Source: Elusimicrobiota bacterium
GTDB taxonomy: Bacteria; Elusimicrobiota; Elusimicrobia; Elusimicrobiales; UBA9959
Length of the DNA: 64,000 bases
NCBI GenBank assembly: GCA_012517235.1
Contig: JAAYVI010000017.1
Span: forward strand, 540-64,539
Direction: 5' to 3'
Shown: positions 48,026 to 57,533 of the stretch, piece by piece
How the letters are laid out: the number at the start of each line of letters is the position of its first letter
Position numbering within the stretch: the first letter of the stretch is position 1
Position numbers and translations under genes: made by a program
Notes under the pieces: model-generated
What the model saw: only the letters and a program-made list of their open reading frames with translations
What the model was told of the DNA's origin: nothing
Databases searched by the model: none

Positions 48026-49215
48026 TGAAATCCATTTCTCTTATATTTCTTTATAACAAATTCAATCGATATTCGGTAAACGCTCTATTAGGCGCTTTGA
48101 ATGTTGACAAAAGCCTGTCGGACATACCTGTTTTTTTATCTCAAAACTTTAAGGAAATATCTCAAAAAATAAAAGAGAAATCGGGGCTGAAAATTGTCTG
48201 CGTTTCTTTCTCAACTTATTTTAGCGAAGAAATTTTTAAAGAAATAAAAAAAATTAAAAAAAATAAAAATACAGTATTTTTAGCCGGAGGTCCGCATCCC
48301 GGCGCCTGTCCGAAAGAAACCTTAAAAGAAGGTTTTGATTATGTTTTCATGTCCGAAGGAGAAAAAACATTTACGGATTTTATACGGTTTATTCTTTCAG
48401 GTAAAACGCCTAAAGATAAAATTATAATACCTAAAGAAAAAATTAATTTGGACGATTATCCTTCTTTTTCAAGAAAACATTTAAAATTCGGTCCCATAGA
48501 AATAACAAGAGGATGCCCTTATGCCTGCAGATTTTGCCAGACGTCTTATTTTTTCGGCACCGCATTAAGACATAGAAGCATAGATAATATTTTAGACCAA
48601 GTAACAGCTATGTCAAAACTCGGACTAAACGACATAAGATTTATAACCCCGGACGCTTTATCTTACGGATCGAACTGTAAAGAAATCGATATGAAAGCCG
48701 TTGAAAATCTTTTAAAATCCGTAAGAAAAGAACTTCCCAAAGAAGGAAGAATATTTTTTGGGACTTTCCCCGGAGAGATAAGGCCGGAAAAAATTTCGCA
48801 GCAAAGCTTGGATTTGATAAAAAAATATTGCTTCAACAGAAGACTGGCAATAGGCGCGCAAAGCGCTTCGGATAAAATTCTAAAAAGCTGCGGCAGAGGA
48901 CACACTTTTAAAGATATTCAAAACGCTTTGGAAATATGTTTAAAAAAAGGATTTACGCCGATAGTAGATTTGATATTCGGACTTCCGGGAGAAATCGAAG
49001 AAGACATAGAGCTTAATTTAAAATTTGTCGAAAAATTATCAAAAAACAAATGTATCGTACATACTCATTATTTTATGCCTCTTCCCGGAACGCCTTGGAG
49101 CGGCAAAAAGCCTTCGCTTTTGCCTTATAAGCTCAAGCTTAAACTTAAACATATGGAAAACGAAGGAATAGCTTTCGGTAAATGGGAAAAAGATAGCCGC
49201 CGCCTAAAGTCCTAA
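48025..49215 (+). CDS. B12-binding-domain radical SAM protein (resembles the TIGR04013/MJ_1487 family)
   Basis: N-terminal N.YS.NALLGAL, AGGPHP, IEITRGCPYACRFCQT, FFGTFPGEIRP, FMPLPGTP. Family name recalled from motif pattern, not searched. Confidence 0.8.
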   Translation: MKSISLIFLYNKFNRYSVNALLGALNVDKSLSDIPVFLSQNFKEISQKIKEKSGLKIVCVSFSTYFSEEIFKEIKKIKKNKNTVFLAGGPHPGACPKETLKEGFDYVFMSEGEKTFTDFIRFILSGKTPKDKIIIPKEKINLDDYPSFSRKHLKFGPIEITRGCPYACRFCQTSYFFGTALRHRSIDNILDQVTAMSKLGLNDIRFITPDALSYGSNCKEIDMKAVENLLKSVRKELPKEGRIFFGTFPGEIRPEKISQQSLDLIKKYCFNRRLAIGAQSASDKILKSCGRGHTFKDIQNALEICLKKGFTPIVDLIFGLPGEIEEDIELNLKFVEKLSKNKCIVHTHYFMPLPGTPWSGKKPSLLPYKLKLKLKHMENEGIAFGKWEKDSRRLKS

Positions 49216-49761
49216 CTGCCCGGCTATATCCTGCATTGCCTTTAAACAAATTGAAATAAATTCTTCCATATTAAGGCCGAGGTTCTCGGCCTGAGCTATT
49301 ACGTTTCTGTCGGCTCCGGCGGCAAAACGCTTATCTTTCATTCTCTTAAGAACAGAAGAAACTTTCACGCTTGAAAGTTTTTTATCGGGACAAACCAAAG
49401 CCGAGGCGATTATAAGACCGGTTACGGTTTCGCCGCATCTTAAAGCTATGTGAAAAGGATTTTGAGAAGTAAAATTCCACGCCGCCGGATTATGCATCTT
49501 AACCGCCTCTATTATTTCCTGAGAGAATCCGTTTTCTTTCAGTATTATTTCGGCTTCTTTTGTATGATCTTGAATACGCCCCTGAGTAAGCTCTACGTCT
49601 ATATCGTGAATAAGTCCGGCCATACCCCATTGTTTTTCGTCGCCGCCCAAACGCTTAGCCAGAGCCTTCATAACGGCGCAGGAAGCCAAACAGTGTTTTA
49701 TTAAGTTTTCATTTTTTATTTTGGTTTTAAGAAGTTCCAAAGCTTTATTTTCATCCGTCAT
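49204..49761 (-). CDS. HD-domain (HDIG-type) hydrolase
   Basis: KHCLA, GLIHDID, TGLIIA.ALV.P, KRMKDKRFAAG. Start at MTDENK; the 50160 extension is antisense to the MFS gene. Confidence 0.88.
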   Translation of the reverse strand: MTDENKALELLKTKIKNENLIKHCLASCAVMKALAKRLGGDEKQWGMAGLIHDIDVELTQGRIQDHTKEAEIILKENGFSQEIIEAVKMHNPAAWNFTSQNPFHIALRCGETVTGLIIASALVCPDKKLSSVKVSSVLKRMKDKRFAAGADRNVIAQAENLGLNMEEFISICLKAMQDIAGQLGL

Positions 49762-49798
49762 TTTAACCCTCTCAATAACATATAATATATTATAACAA

Positions 49799-51160
49799 AT
49801 GGAAAAAAATGCTATTTCTTTGTTTGAAAAAAGGATACTCCTGGCAATCTGTTTCATAGGGGCTTTTTTAACTCCTTTCGTATTATCTTCGATAAATATC
49901 GCTTTGCCGGCCATTTCTGACGACCTTTCTCTTACTCCCAAAGAAATGGCGGATTTATCGGTATACTTTTTAATATTTTCTTTTTCTCTTTTGTTTCCGG
50001 CTTCGGCGGCCGCGGATAGTTTCGGAAGAATAAAAACTATCAAAGCCGGATTTTTGATATTTTCTTTTTTCTCCGTCCTGGGAGCTTTTTCTAATAACGG
50101 TTTTCTTCTTATGATTTCAAGGGCGGGACAAGGAGCCGGTTCGGCATTTATTTTCGCCAATGTAATGGCGGTTACGGCTTCGGCATTTGAAAAAGGTGAA
50201 AGAGGTAAAGCGATAGGAATAATCTCGTCTTCGGTTTATTTGGGATTGACATTGGGTCCTTTTTTAGGCGGAGTCATACTTAAATATTTTTCTTGGCGCT
50301 TCATTTTTCAATTTTCCGCTTTTGCGTCTTTTTTTGCTTATATTTTTTCCGCCTCAATATTAAAAATAGATTTTAAAACCGAAAAAAAGTTTAAAATCGC
50401 GGAAATTCTAATTTTTTTCTTTTTAATATTAATATTCTCGTTTTCATTTTCGAATTTATCTCAAAATATGGCGCTTCTATTCGTTTCTTCTTTGGGTTTA
50501 TTCTTATTCTTTAAAGCGGATTTCAAAAAAAACGATATTTTTCAAATTAAAACAATATTATCTTCAAAAAAATTTATTTTCGCATGTTCGGCGGCTTTTT
50601 TTCATTATGCCGGTTCTTTTTCTCTAACATTCATATTCAGTCTATATCTGCAATATTACTTGGGATTTTCGCCTCAAAAAGCGGGTACGGTATTATTTTT
50701 TATGCCTTTATTTATGTCGGCTCTTTCTCCCGCGGCGGGAAAACTTTCGGATAAAATGAACCCTGGAAAACTTGCTACGTCCGGAATAATTATTTCCTTT
50801 ATCGGGATTTTATCCGCGGCATTTTTATACGAACAAAAAATTTATTTTTTTATTTTGTCTCTTTGTTTAATCGGCGCAGGATTTGCTTTCTTCTCTTCTC
50901 CAAACACCAATTCCGCCATGTCTTCTTTGGAGTTTAAGCAATATTCCGCGGGCTCTGCTTTTTTATCGGCCGTAAGACTTTTGGGACAAAATATCTCCAT
51001 GGTTTTAGCCGGATATATAATGACACTTATGTTAGCAGAAAAATCTATACCCTCGGACTTGCCAGCTTTTATCAAAAGTTTTAAAATAATACTGTTATCC
51101 GGGGCGTTTTTTTTAGCCCTTGCGGCTTATTTTTCTCTAAAAAGGATTAAAAATGAATGA
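49799..51160 (+). CDS. MFS efflux transporter (DHA2-like)
   Basis: INIALPAI, ADSFGR, RAGQGAG, ERGKAIG, LGPFLGG, FFSSPN. Confidence 0.92.
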   Translation: MEKNAISLFEKRILLAICFIGAFLTPFVLSSINIALPAISDDLSLTPKEMADLSVYFLIFSFSLLFPASAAADSFGRIKTIKAGFLIFSFFSVLGAFSNNGFLLMISRAGQGAGSAFIFANVMAVTASAFEKGERGKAIGIISSSVYLGLTLGPFLGGVILKYFSWRFIFQFSAFASFFAYIFSASILKIDFKTEKKFKIAEILIFFFLILIFSFSFSNLSQNMALLFVSSLGLFLFFKADFKKNDIFQIKTILSSKKFIFACSAAFFHYAGSFSLTFIFSLYLQYYLGFSPQKAGTVLFFMPLFMSALSPAAGKLSDKMNPGKLATSGIIISFIGILSAAFLYEQKIYFFILSLCLIGAGFAFFSSPNTNSAMSSLEFKQYSAGSAFLSAVRLLGQNISMVLAGYIMTLMLAEKSIPSDLPAFIKSFKIILLSGAFFLALAAYFSLKRIKNE

Positions 51161-51263
51161 AAAAACCGAATTGGGACTTTATCATTATAAACTTATATTT
51201 GCCATAGAAGAAAAAATACATAGAATAAAGTACGAAAATATTTGCTAAAAAAGGGGATGTTAA

Positions 51264-51764
51264 ATGACATATATAAAGCTTTTTGCGGCGGGCTTTGTAA
51301 TTCTTTTTTTTATTCATTTGATAGCTTATAATTATAAGCCTTATGTAATTATAGAGTCTTTTATAAACGGAATATTCGGGGGATTGGCTTTCGTTCTTTT
51401 GGGTCTTATAAATCATATCATAGGCAAATCGGTAGGCCTACCAAAGGGGGAAACTTTAAAAACAGTTTACGAGCACGAAGAAACAAAGAGCTCTTCTCCG
51501 GCAATAATAAAAGAGACTTTAAAAAATTTTTATTCTTCGAGAAAAATGATTCCTCACAGAGAGGAGGAAAATCTTATAGTATTCAGATCCCCTATTTCTT
51601 TTAAAAGCATAGGAACTTTAATAGAATATTCTTTAAAGACGGAAAACGGAAAAACTAATATAAGATTAAAAACAAAACCTTTATTTAAAACAGTAATATT
51701 GGATTACGGGGCTTCCTATTCGGAAATGAAATACGCAAAAGAAATATTAAGTAAGATTATTTAA
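51264..51764 (+). CDS. Hypothetical membrane protein (2 TM plus soluble domain)
   Basis: 166-aa ORF with SD AGGGGA; no recognised motif. Confidence 0.7.
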   Translation: MTYIKLFAAGFVILFFIHLIAYNYKPYVIIESFINGIFGGLAFVLLGLINHIIGKSVGLPKGETLKTVYEHEETKSSSPAIIKETLKNFYSSRKMIPHREEENLIVFRSPISFKSIGTLIEYSLKTENGKTNIRLKTKPLFKTVILDYGASYSEMKYAKEILSKII

Positions 51765-51767
51765 GTT

Positions 51768-53168
51768 TTAAAATTCGGCGTATCCCGGGACTCTCGGATA
51801 AGAACATACGTCTCTTATATTTGAAATACCGGTAATAAGCATCATCATTCTTTCAAATCCCAATCCGAATCCGGCATGAGGAACGGATCCGAACCTTCTA
51901 AGGTCCAAATACCACCAATATGCCTCTTTATTCATTTTGAAATCTTCCATCTTCTTTTCCAATACTTCCAAGCGGTTTTCTCTTTCGCTTCCGCCTATAA
52001 GTTCGCCTATTCTCGGAACAAGTAAGTCCATACCTCTTACCGTTTTCCCGTCGTCGTTAAGCTTCATATAAAAAGCGGCCGAGTTTTTTGGCTTATTGTA
52101 CATTATTACCGGTTTTTTAAAATAATTTTCGGTAAGAAATCTTTCATGTTCGCTTCCTAAGTCGACTCCCCACGAAACTTTATTTTCAAATCTCGAGTTT
52201 TCTTTTTCAAGTATCGATACCGCATCCGTATAAGAAAGCCTTTCGTAAGAATTTTGAGTTATGTTTTGCAAAGTGGAAGGCAAATCTTTATCCAAAAATT
52301 TGGAAAATAATTCCAAATCTTGAGCGCAGTTTTTCATTACATGATCGGTTATTTTTTTTACGAAATCTTCGGCCAAATCCATATCGTCGTATAAATCGTA
52401 AAAAGCCATTTCCGGCTCTATCATCCAAAATTCTGCGGCATGTCTGTAAGTATTGGAGTTTTCCGCCCTAAAAGTGGGGCCGAAAGTATATATTTTGCCC
52501 AAAGCCAAAGCCATCGTTTCGCCCTCAAGCTGTCCGGAAACCGTAAGAAAAGTTTTTTTCCCAAATAAATCTTTGGAAAAATCGGTAGAACCGTCTTGAT
52601 TTAACGGAAATTGAGAAGGTTTTGCGGTATCGAAAGTGGTAACATTAAACATTTGACCCGCGCCTTCGCAATCGGAAGCCGTTATTATCGGAGTATGAAC
52701 ATAAAAAAAACCGTTATCTTTGAAATACTTATGTATGGCAAAAGATAATTCCGAACGGACCCTAAGCATAGCCGCATATTTATTTGTTCTCGGTCTCAAA
52801 TGAGCTACGGTTCTAAGAAATTCGTCGGAAGTTTTTTTCTTCTGTATAGGATAGTTTTCCTGCGGACAATCTCCGTATATCTCCAAAGATTTGACGGCTA
52901 ATTCGTATTTTTGGCCCGCCGCTGGCGACTCTACCATGTCTCCTTGAGCGGACAAAGCCGCGCCGTTTACCAAACGAGGTAAGACCGAATCGAATTTTCC
53001 CTGAGAATTGTCTATTACCAGCTGAAGATTTTTTCTGCATGAACCGTCATTAACTTCTACGAAAGATTGGCTCTTAAGATCTCTTCTTGTTTTAACCCAG
53101 CCTTGAACTCTAATCTGAGAAAGCGGAGAATCTTTTTCAAGCAACTCCTTTATGGATGGCGTTTTCAT
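51768..53168 (-). CDS. asnS: Asparaginyl-tRNA synthetase
   Basis: NDGSC, HLRPRTN, LTVSGQL, FRAENSNT.RHAAEFWMIEPE, GFGLGFER. Confidence 0.97.
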   Translation of the reverse strand: MKTPSIKELLEKDSPLSQIRVQGWVKTRRDLKSQSFVEVNDGSCRKNLQLVIDNSQGKFDSVLPRLVNGAALSAQGDMVESPAAGQKYELAVKSLEIYGDCPQENYPIQKKKTSDEFLRTVAHLRPRTNKYAAMLRVRSELSFAIHKYFKDNGFFYVHTPIITASDCEGAGQMFNVTTFDTAKPSQFPLNQDGSTDFSKDLFGKKTFLTVSGQLEGETMALALGKIYTFGPTFRAENSNTYRHAAEFWMIEPEMAFYDLYDDMDLAEDFVKKITDHVMKNCAQDLELFSKFLDKDLPSTLQNITQNSYERLSYTDAVSILEKENSRFENKVSWGVDLGSEHERFLTENYFKKPVIMYNKPKNSAAFYMKLNDDGKTVRGMDLLVPRIGELIGGSERENRLEVLEKKMEDFKMNKEAYWWYLDLRRFGSVPHAGFGLGFERMMMLITGISNIRDVCSYPRVPGYAEF

Positions 53169-53698
53169 TTTTTTTCTTTCTCCTTTTTTTCATCAGGTAC
53201 TTTAGATACGGATAAAAGTTCCACTTTGCATGTTTTATCCTCGGCGGAATAATCTTCAAAAACATATCCTACGGAAGGAGCATAATAACGCACCGCTGTT
53301 CCGGCGTCTCCGCCGGCGATTTTTGTAAGAACTTTAAGACAATCGGAAAATTTACCAGCTTTTATGGAAAGTTTATCCGTAAGAGATACTATTTCGTTAG
53401 CGTCCGGATATTCGTCCCATTTAATCCCTTCTTTAACCGGAAGGGGGAATTCTTTCCTGCCGCCTATTACTATTCCGTCTTCTGTTATAACCCACTTTTT
53501 ATCCTTTTTTATTTTATATAAGGTTATGCTGGTATCTCTCAAAGTAAAAGTCATTCTCGCTTCTGCCACTTGTTTATCTGCTTTTCCCGAAACTTTAAGT
53601 ATATCTATGAAAACTTTAGCTTCGCCGTCAAACTCGGTGCTTTTGTAAGAATATTCATATCTGGTTTTTTCTTTTAAAGGAAAATAATCTTTAGGCAT
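53165..53698 (-). CDS. Hypothetical beta-rich protein (YFPL...AGKF.DCLKV...YYAP.VG pattern)
   Basis: SD GGGAG; ATGA overlap with asnS. Confidence 0.75.
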   Translation of the reverse strand: MPKDYFPLKEKTRYEYSYKSTEFDGEAKVFIDILKVSGKADKQVAEARMTFTLRDTSITLYKIKKDKKWVITEDGIVIGGRKEFPLPVKEGIKWDEYPDANEIVSLTDKLSIKAGKFSDCLKVLTKIAGGDAGTAVRYYAPSVGYVFEDYSAEDKTCKVELLSVSKVPDEKKEKEKK

Positions 53699-53802
53699 AA
53701 AAATCTCCCGAAAGCTAAAATAAAAACATTATTTTAACTTTTCTCAAATAAAATTATATAAAATATAAAAGGTAAAAATGCTAAAATAATATACGAACCT
53801 AT

Positions 53803-53875
53803 GGGCGTGTAGCTCAGCTGGGAGAGCGCCTCGTTCGCAACGAGGAGGTCGTGGGTTCGATCCCCATCACGTCCA
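53803..53875 (+). tRNA. tRNA-Ala(CGC), CCA not encoded
   Basis: Cloverleaf: acceptor GGGCGTG/CACGTCC with G3:U70, D arm GCTC/GAGC, anticodon arm CCTCG-TTCGCAA-CGAGG, T loop TTCGATC, discriminator A. Extended -10 TGcTAAAAT upstream. Confidence 0.97.
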
Positions 53876-53945
53876 TTCTACTTCGCTAAAGCTTCGAAGA
53901 ATAATCAAAAATATCCAATAAACGAGGCGGACGGACAAAAAATAT

Positions 53946-53993
53946 ATCTACCCCTCTATTCATCTAATCTTCCGATCATCTAATCTTCTATTA
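53946..53993. repeat. Degenerate tandem 8-mer array (6 units)
   Basis: Plus strand ATCTACCC CTCTATTC ATCTAATC TTCCGATC ATCTAATC TTCTATTA between the tRNA and the mltG stop. Confidence 0.78.
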
Positions 53994-54004
53994 TTTACGG
54001 CTGT

Positions 54005-54949
54005 TTATTTTTCTTGATACAAAGCCTTTATTCTTTTTATGGCTTTTTTATGTTCTTCGAAATTATTATTGAATACATGACGGCCTTTTCTATCGGCCAC
54101 AAAATATAAAGCGTCTATGTCGGCCGGTTCTGCTACCGCTTTAGCAGATTTAACACCCGGATTACATATGGGACCGGGGGGAAGTCCGGAAACATAATAA
54201 GTATTGTAAGGAGAAGGGAATTTTAAGTCCGCATAAGATAAATTTTTTTTCCAATATCCCAAAGCATACTGCACCGTAGGGTCGGCTTCCAAAGGCATTC
54301 CTTTTTTGACCCTGTTTAAATAAACGGCGGCTATTAAAGGTCTTTCGGTATCTATTACGGCTTCTCTTTCCACTATGGAAGCGACTATCAAAGCTTTATA
54401 GCTATCCATACCTTGAGGAAGTTTGGCGGCGTCAAATATCGGCTTTATATTATTATCGAATTCCGATTTAAGTATGTTTATTACTTCTCTTTCGCGCATA
54501 TTTTTTTTAAAATGATATGTGGAAGGAAAAAGATATCCTTCTAATTTTTCTTCTTTTACTATCTTCAAAAATTCTTTTTCATTTTTGATTACGCCGGACG
54601 CTTTTAATCTTTCCGCTATTTGCTCCGATCTCCATCCTTCCGGAATAGTAATTTTCATATCGGATATATAAATAGAATGAGTTATTTTCCATAAAACAAG
54701 CTCGTGAGGAGTATATTTATTAAGCTCATATTCTCCCGGCATTATTTTTTTCGAAGATCCGCTGATTTTAACCAAAGCTTTAAACCAAAAAGAACTTAAT
54801 ATTATTTTTTCTTTTTTTAAATTTTCCGCTATTTTAGAAGCCGTTTGCCCTTCGTCTATCGAAAATTTTATTTTTTCTCCTCTATAAAAAAAATAGAAAA
54901 GAACAAACAATGCGAATGTTAAAAAAATCAAAAACATCGTCTTTTTCAT
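54005..54949 (-). CDS. mltG: Endolytic transglycosylase
   Basis: TIPEG, LEGYLFP, ASIVERE, ADPTV.Y, SPYNTY..GLPPGPICNPG. Confidence 0.96.
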   Translation of the reverse strand: MKKTMFLIFLTFALFVLFYFFYRGEKIKFSIDEGQTASKIAENLKKEKIILSSFWFKALVKISGSSKKIMPGEYELNKYTPHELVLWKITHSIYISDMKITIPEGWRSEQIAERLKASGVIKNEKEFLKIVKEEKLEGYLFPSTYHFKKNMREREVINILKSEFDNNIKPIFDAAKLPQGMDSYKALIVASIVEREAVIDTERPLIAAVYLNRVKKGMPLEADPTVQYALGYWKKNLSYADLKFPSPYNTYYVSGLPPGPICNPGVKSAKAVAEPADIDALYFVADRKGRHVFNNNFEEHKKAIKRIKALYQEK

Positions 54950-55488
54950 TTTAGTTCTCCGCAAAAAAGCTCTCTGTATATCGGACCGCGAGAGTACAGC
55001 ATACTCTCAATCCATACAAATTTTTCCGCATTAAAAGAAATTTTTCCGGAAAAATCTTTGGATAAAAAATCCGAGGCCGAATTTAATCCCCGCTCGGAAT
55101 TAATTCTTGCCAATGTAATATGCGGATGAAATTTATCGTCGCATACAAAACCGGAACCTGAGATAAGAGAAGTTATTTTTTCTCTAAGAAAAAACAGTTC
55201 TTTTTCTCCTTTTTCAAGACCTATCCACAAAATAGACGGCTTACCTTTGCGGCTGAAAGATCCGGCTTTTCCCAAAGATATTACAAAAGGTTCAAAAGAG
55301 AAAGACTTTAACAAATTTATAAATTCTTCTTTTTGTTCTTTTTTTACGCAATCTCCCAAAAAAGCTATGGTAATATGAAGATTTTCCAAATTAGTTTTTT
55401 TAATTCCGCTATCATTTGAAAAAGTAACGGATTCGTAAACTTCCTTCTTTATATAATCGGGTAAAGGTATGGCCAAAAAAGAACGCAT
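54946..55488 (-). CDS. thpR: RNA 2',3'-cyclic phosphodiesterase (2H family)
   Basis: MRSFLAI and two HxT motifs (LHITI, PHITLAR). Confidence 0.92.
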   Translation of the reverse strand: MRSFLAIPLPDYIKKEVYESVTFSNDSGIKKTNLENLHITIAFLGDCVKKEQKEEFINLLKSFSFEPFVISLGKAGSFSRKGKPSILWIGLEKGEKELFFLREKITSLISGSGFVCDDKFHPHITLARINSERGLNSASDFLSKDFSGKISFNAEKFVWIESMLYSRGPIYRELFCGELK

Positions 55489-56352
55489 TTAAACGCCTCT
55501 TTTTTTACGATTATGCTTATTCAAAGGCTTTTTTTTATCCGTCGCGGAAGTTTCTTCTTCTTGAGAATCTTTAATCTTTCTTTTTAAAAGAGCCGCCCTC
55601 ATTTTTTCTCTTCTTTGGAAGTCCATGGGACGCCATCTTTTCTTATAAAGAGGAAATCTTTTTCTTACTTCGGCCATAAGATTTTTATGTTTCGCAAGTC
55701 TGGACATTCTTACCGTTTTAAGTCTTTTTATTTGCGGCGATAAAACTATTTCTTGATTTTTTTCGACTTTAATTTCTTCCGAAGGCTTACCCTCTTTGTC
55801 CAAAGAAGAAACGGCAAGTTCTCCTTCGTCGAAGACTCCGAAAGAGCTTTCCTTATTAAATGCAGAATGTTCGGCGGCAAACTCGGTGCCTCTTACGGCG
55901 CAAACCGCCGCCGGAGTATTTACCTTGAAAAAAAGCTTCTTTTTGACTTTAGATTCGAACTTTGCGACTAAAGCGCCTATTTTAAGAAATACCGAAGAAT
56001 CGTCCTGTTCCAATGTTCTTATCTCCAACTCGCTGTTTCTCGAAAGTTTTATCATTCCCCGGTCCGAAAAATATATTTCCGCATAACCGTCGGAACCTGT
56101 CTTTACGGTATCGTCGGGATCGAGAGGATAATATCCCGAATCGTCTATGCTTTTAAATTCGCTATCTTCCGAAGATTTTACCCAAACGGAACCGCCGGTT
56201 TTTTTAATCAAAGCTTCGAACTGATTTTGCGAAGATGTCTGATTTTCCGCTTTCATTTTCATAAGCTGTTCGACCATCTTTTTATATTCCTCTTGATTTT
56301 GCTGAGAAAAAGCCGAACCTATAAAAAGAAAAGAAAGAAATATTTTAAGCAT
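55489..56352 (-). CDS. Exported FecR-domain protein
   Basis: Signal peptide, D.VKTGSDG.AEI, TPAAVCAVRGTEF, basic C-terminus. Confidence 0.82.
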   Translation of the reverse strand: MLKIFLSFLFIGSAFSQQNQEEYKKMVEQLMKMKAENQTSSQNQFEALIKKTGGSVWVKSSEDSEFKSIDDSGYYPLDPDDTVKTGSDGYAEIYFSDRGMIKLSRNSELEIRTLEQDDSSVFLKIGALVAKFESKVKKKLFFKVNTPAAVCAVRGTEFAAEHSAFNKESSFGVFDEGELAVSSLDKEGKPSEEIKVEKNQEIVLSPQIKRLKTVRMSRLAKHKNLMAEVRKRFPLYKKRWRPMDFQRREKMRAALLKRKIKDSQEEETSATDKKKPLNKHNRKKRGV

Positions 56353-56354
56353 AC

Positions 56355-57533
56355 TTAAACCCCCTTTACAAGCTTTCTGAAATTTCTCTTACCGGCCTGA
56401 ATAATTCCCTCCAAAGGTTCTATTATCGAATCCGATGCCATTTTTTTCCCGTCTATTTTAACCGCTCCCGCTTCGATTAATCTCCTTGCCTCGTTATTGC
56501 TTTTCGCCATTTTGCATAATACCATCAACTGTGAAAGTTTCATAGGAGAATCCATTTTAAACTCTTCCATATCTTGAGGTATTTGTCCCGCCGAAAATAC
56601 TTTTTCAAATTCTTCTCTCGCTTTTATTCCTTCGCCTTCGCCGCAAAATCTGTCGGTAAGCATAGCGGCCAGCCTTTTTTTGGCTTCCATCGGATGCAAA
56701 GACTTTACTTCGTTCATATCTTTATCCGTCAGAAGTTCGTAGTAGCAATACATGGTTTCGTCGCTTAAAGACATCGTTTTTCCGAATATGTCTTTGGAAG
56801 AATCGTTTAAAGCTATATAATTTCCGTAAGATTTGGACATCTTTTTTTCGCCGTCGGTGCCTACCAGAAGAGGAACCGTCACAACGATCTGCGGAGATTG
56901 AGAATAAAATTTCTGCAAATCGCGTCCCATAAGCAAATTAAAGATTTGATCTTGTCCGCCTAATTCCACATCGGCCTTAACGGCTACGGAGTCGTACCCC
57001 TGAAAAACCGGATATAAAATTTCCAAAAGGCTTATGGGCATTTCGTTCTTCATTCTATTTTTAAAGTCTTCTCTTTCCAAAATTCTGGAAACTGTCAAAT
57101 TTTTAGCGGTATTTATAAGTTCGCTCATAGAACCCGAATTATGCTGCGTAAAAGGGATAAGCCATTGAGAATTAAATCTAATTTCCGTTTTTTCTCTGTC
57201 CAATACTTTAAAAGCCTGTTCCGTATATGTTTTTGCGTTTATTTTCACGTCTTCTTCGTTTAACATAGGCCTGGTGGAATCTCTGCCGGACGGGTCTCCG
57301 ACTCTTGCGGTAAAATCTCCTATTATTAAAACCGCCGTATGCCCCAGATCTTGAAATTGTCTGAGCTTTGAAAGAACTACGCTATGACCCAAATGTAAAT
57401 CCGAGGAAGTAGGGTCTACTCCCAATTTTATTCTTAATTTTTTCCCGCTTTTAAGCTTTTCGGCCAATTCGGCTTCGCTTACTATGTTTACCGCGCCTCT
57501 TTTAAGCAAAGAAAGTTGTTTTTCAAAATCCAT
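56355..57533 (-). CDS. tyrS: Tyrosyl-tRNA synthetase
   Basis: GVDPT..DLHLGH, ELGGQDQ, KMSKS, C-terminal S4-like domain. Confidence 0.98.
   Translation of the reverse strand: MDFEKQLSLLKRGAVNIVSEAELAEKLKSGKKLRIKLGVDPTSSDLHLGHSVVLSKLRQFQDLGHTAVLIIGDFTARVGDPSGRDSTRPMLNEEDVKINAKTYTEQAFKVLDREKTEIRFNSQWLIPFTQHNSGSMSELINTAKNLTVSRILEREDFKNRMKNEMPISLLEILYPVFQGYDSVAVKADVELGGQDQIFNLLMGRDLQKFYSQSPQIVVTVPLLVGTDGEKKMSKSYGNYIALNDSSKDIFGKTMSLSDETMYCYYELLTDKDMNEVKSLHPMEAKKRLAAMLTDRFCGEGEGIKAREEFEKVFSAGQIPQDMEEFKMDSPMKLSQLMVLCKMAKSNNEARRLIEAGAVKIDGKKMASDSIIEPLEGIIQAGKRNFRKLVKGV

Noticed and set aside
49762-50160. Long N-terminal extension of the HD protein (318-aa call)
   Set aside because: It overlaps the MFS gene in antisense. 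An SD-like GAGAGGG and an extended -10 support the start at 49761.
53803-54004. tRNA as the integration site of a genomic island
   Set aside because: No integrase and no duplicated tRNA 3' end seen; flanking genes are housekeeping.
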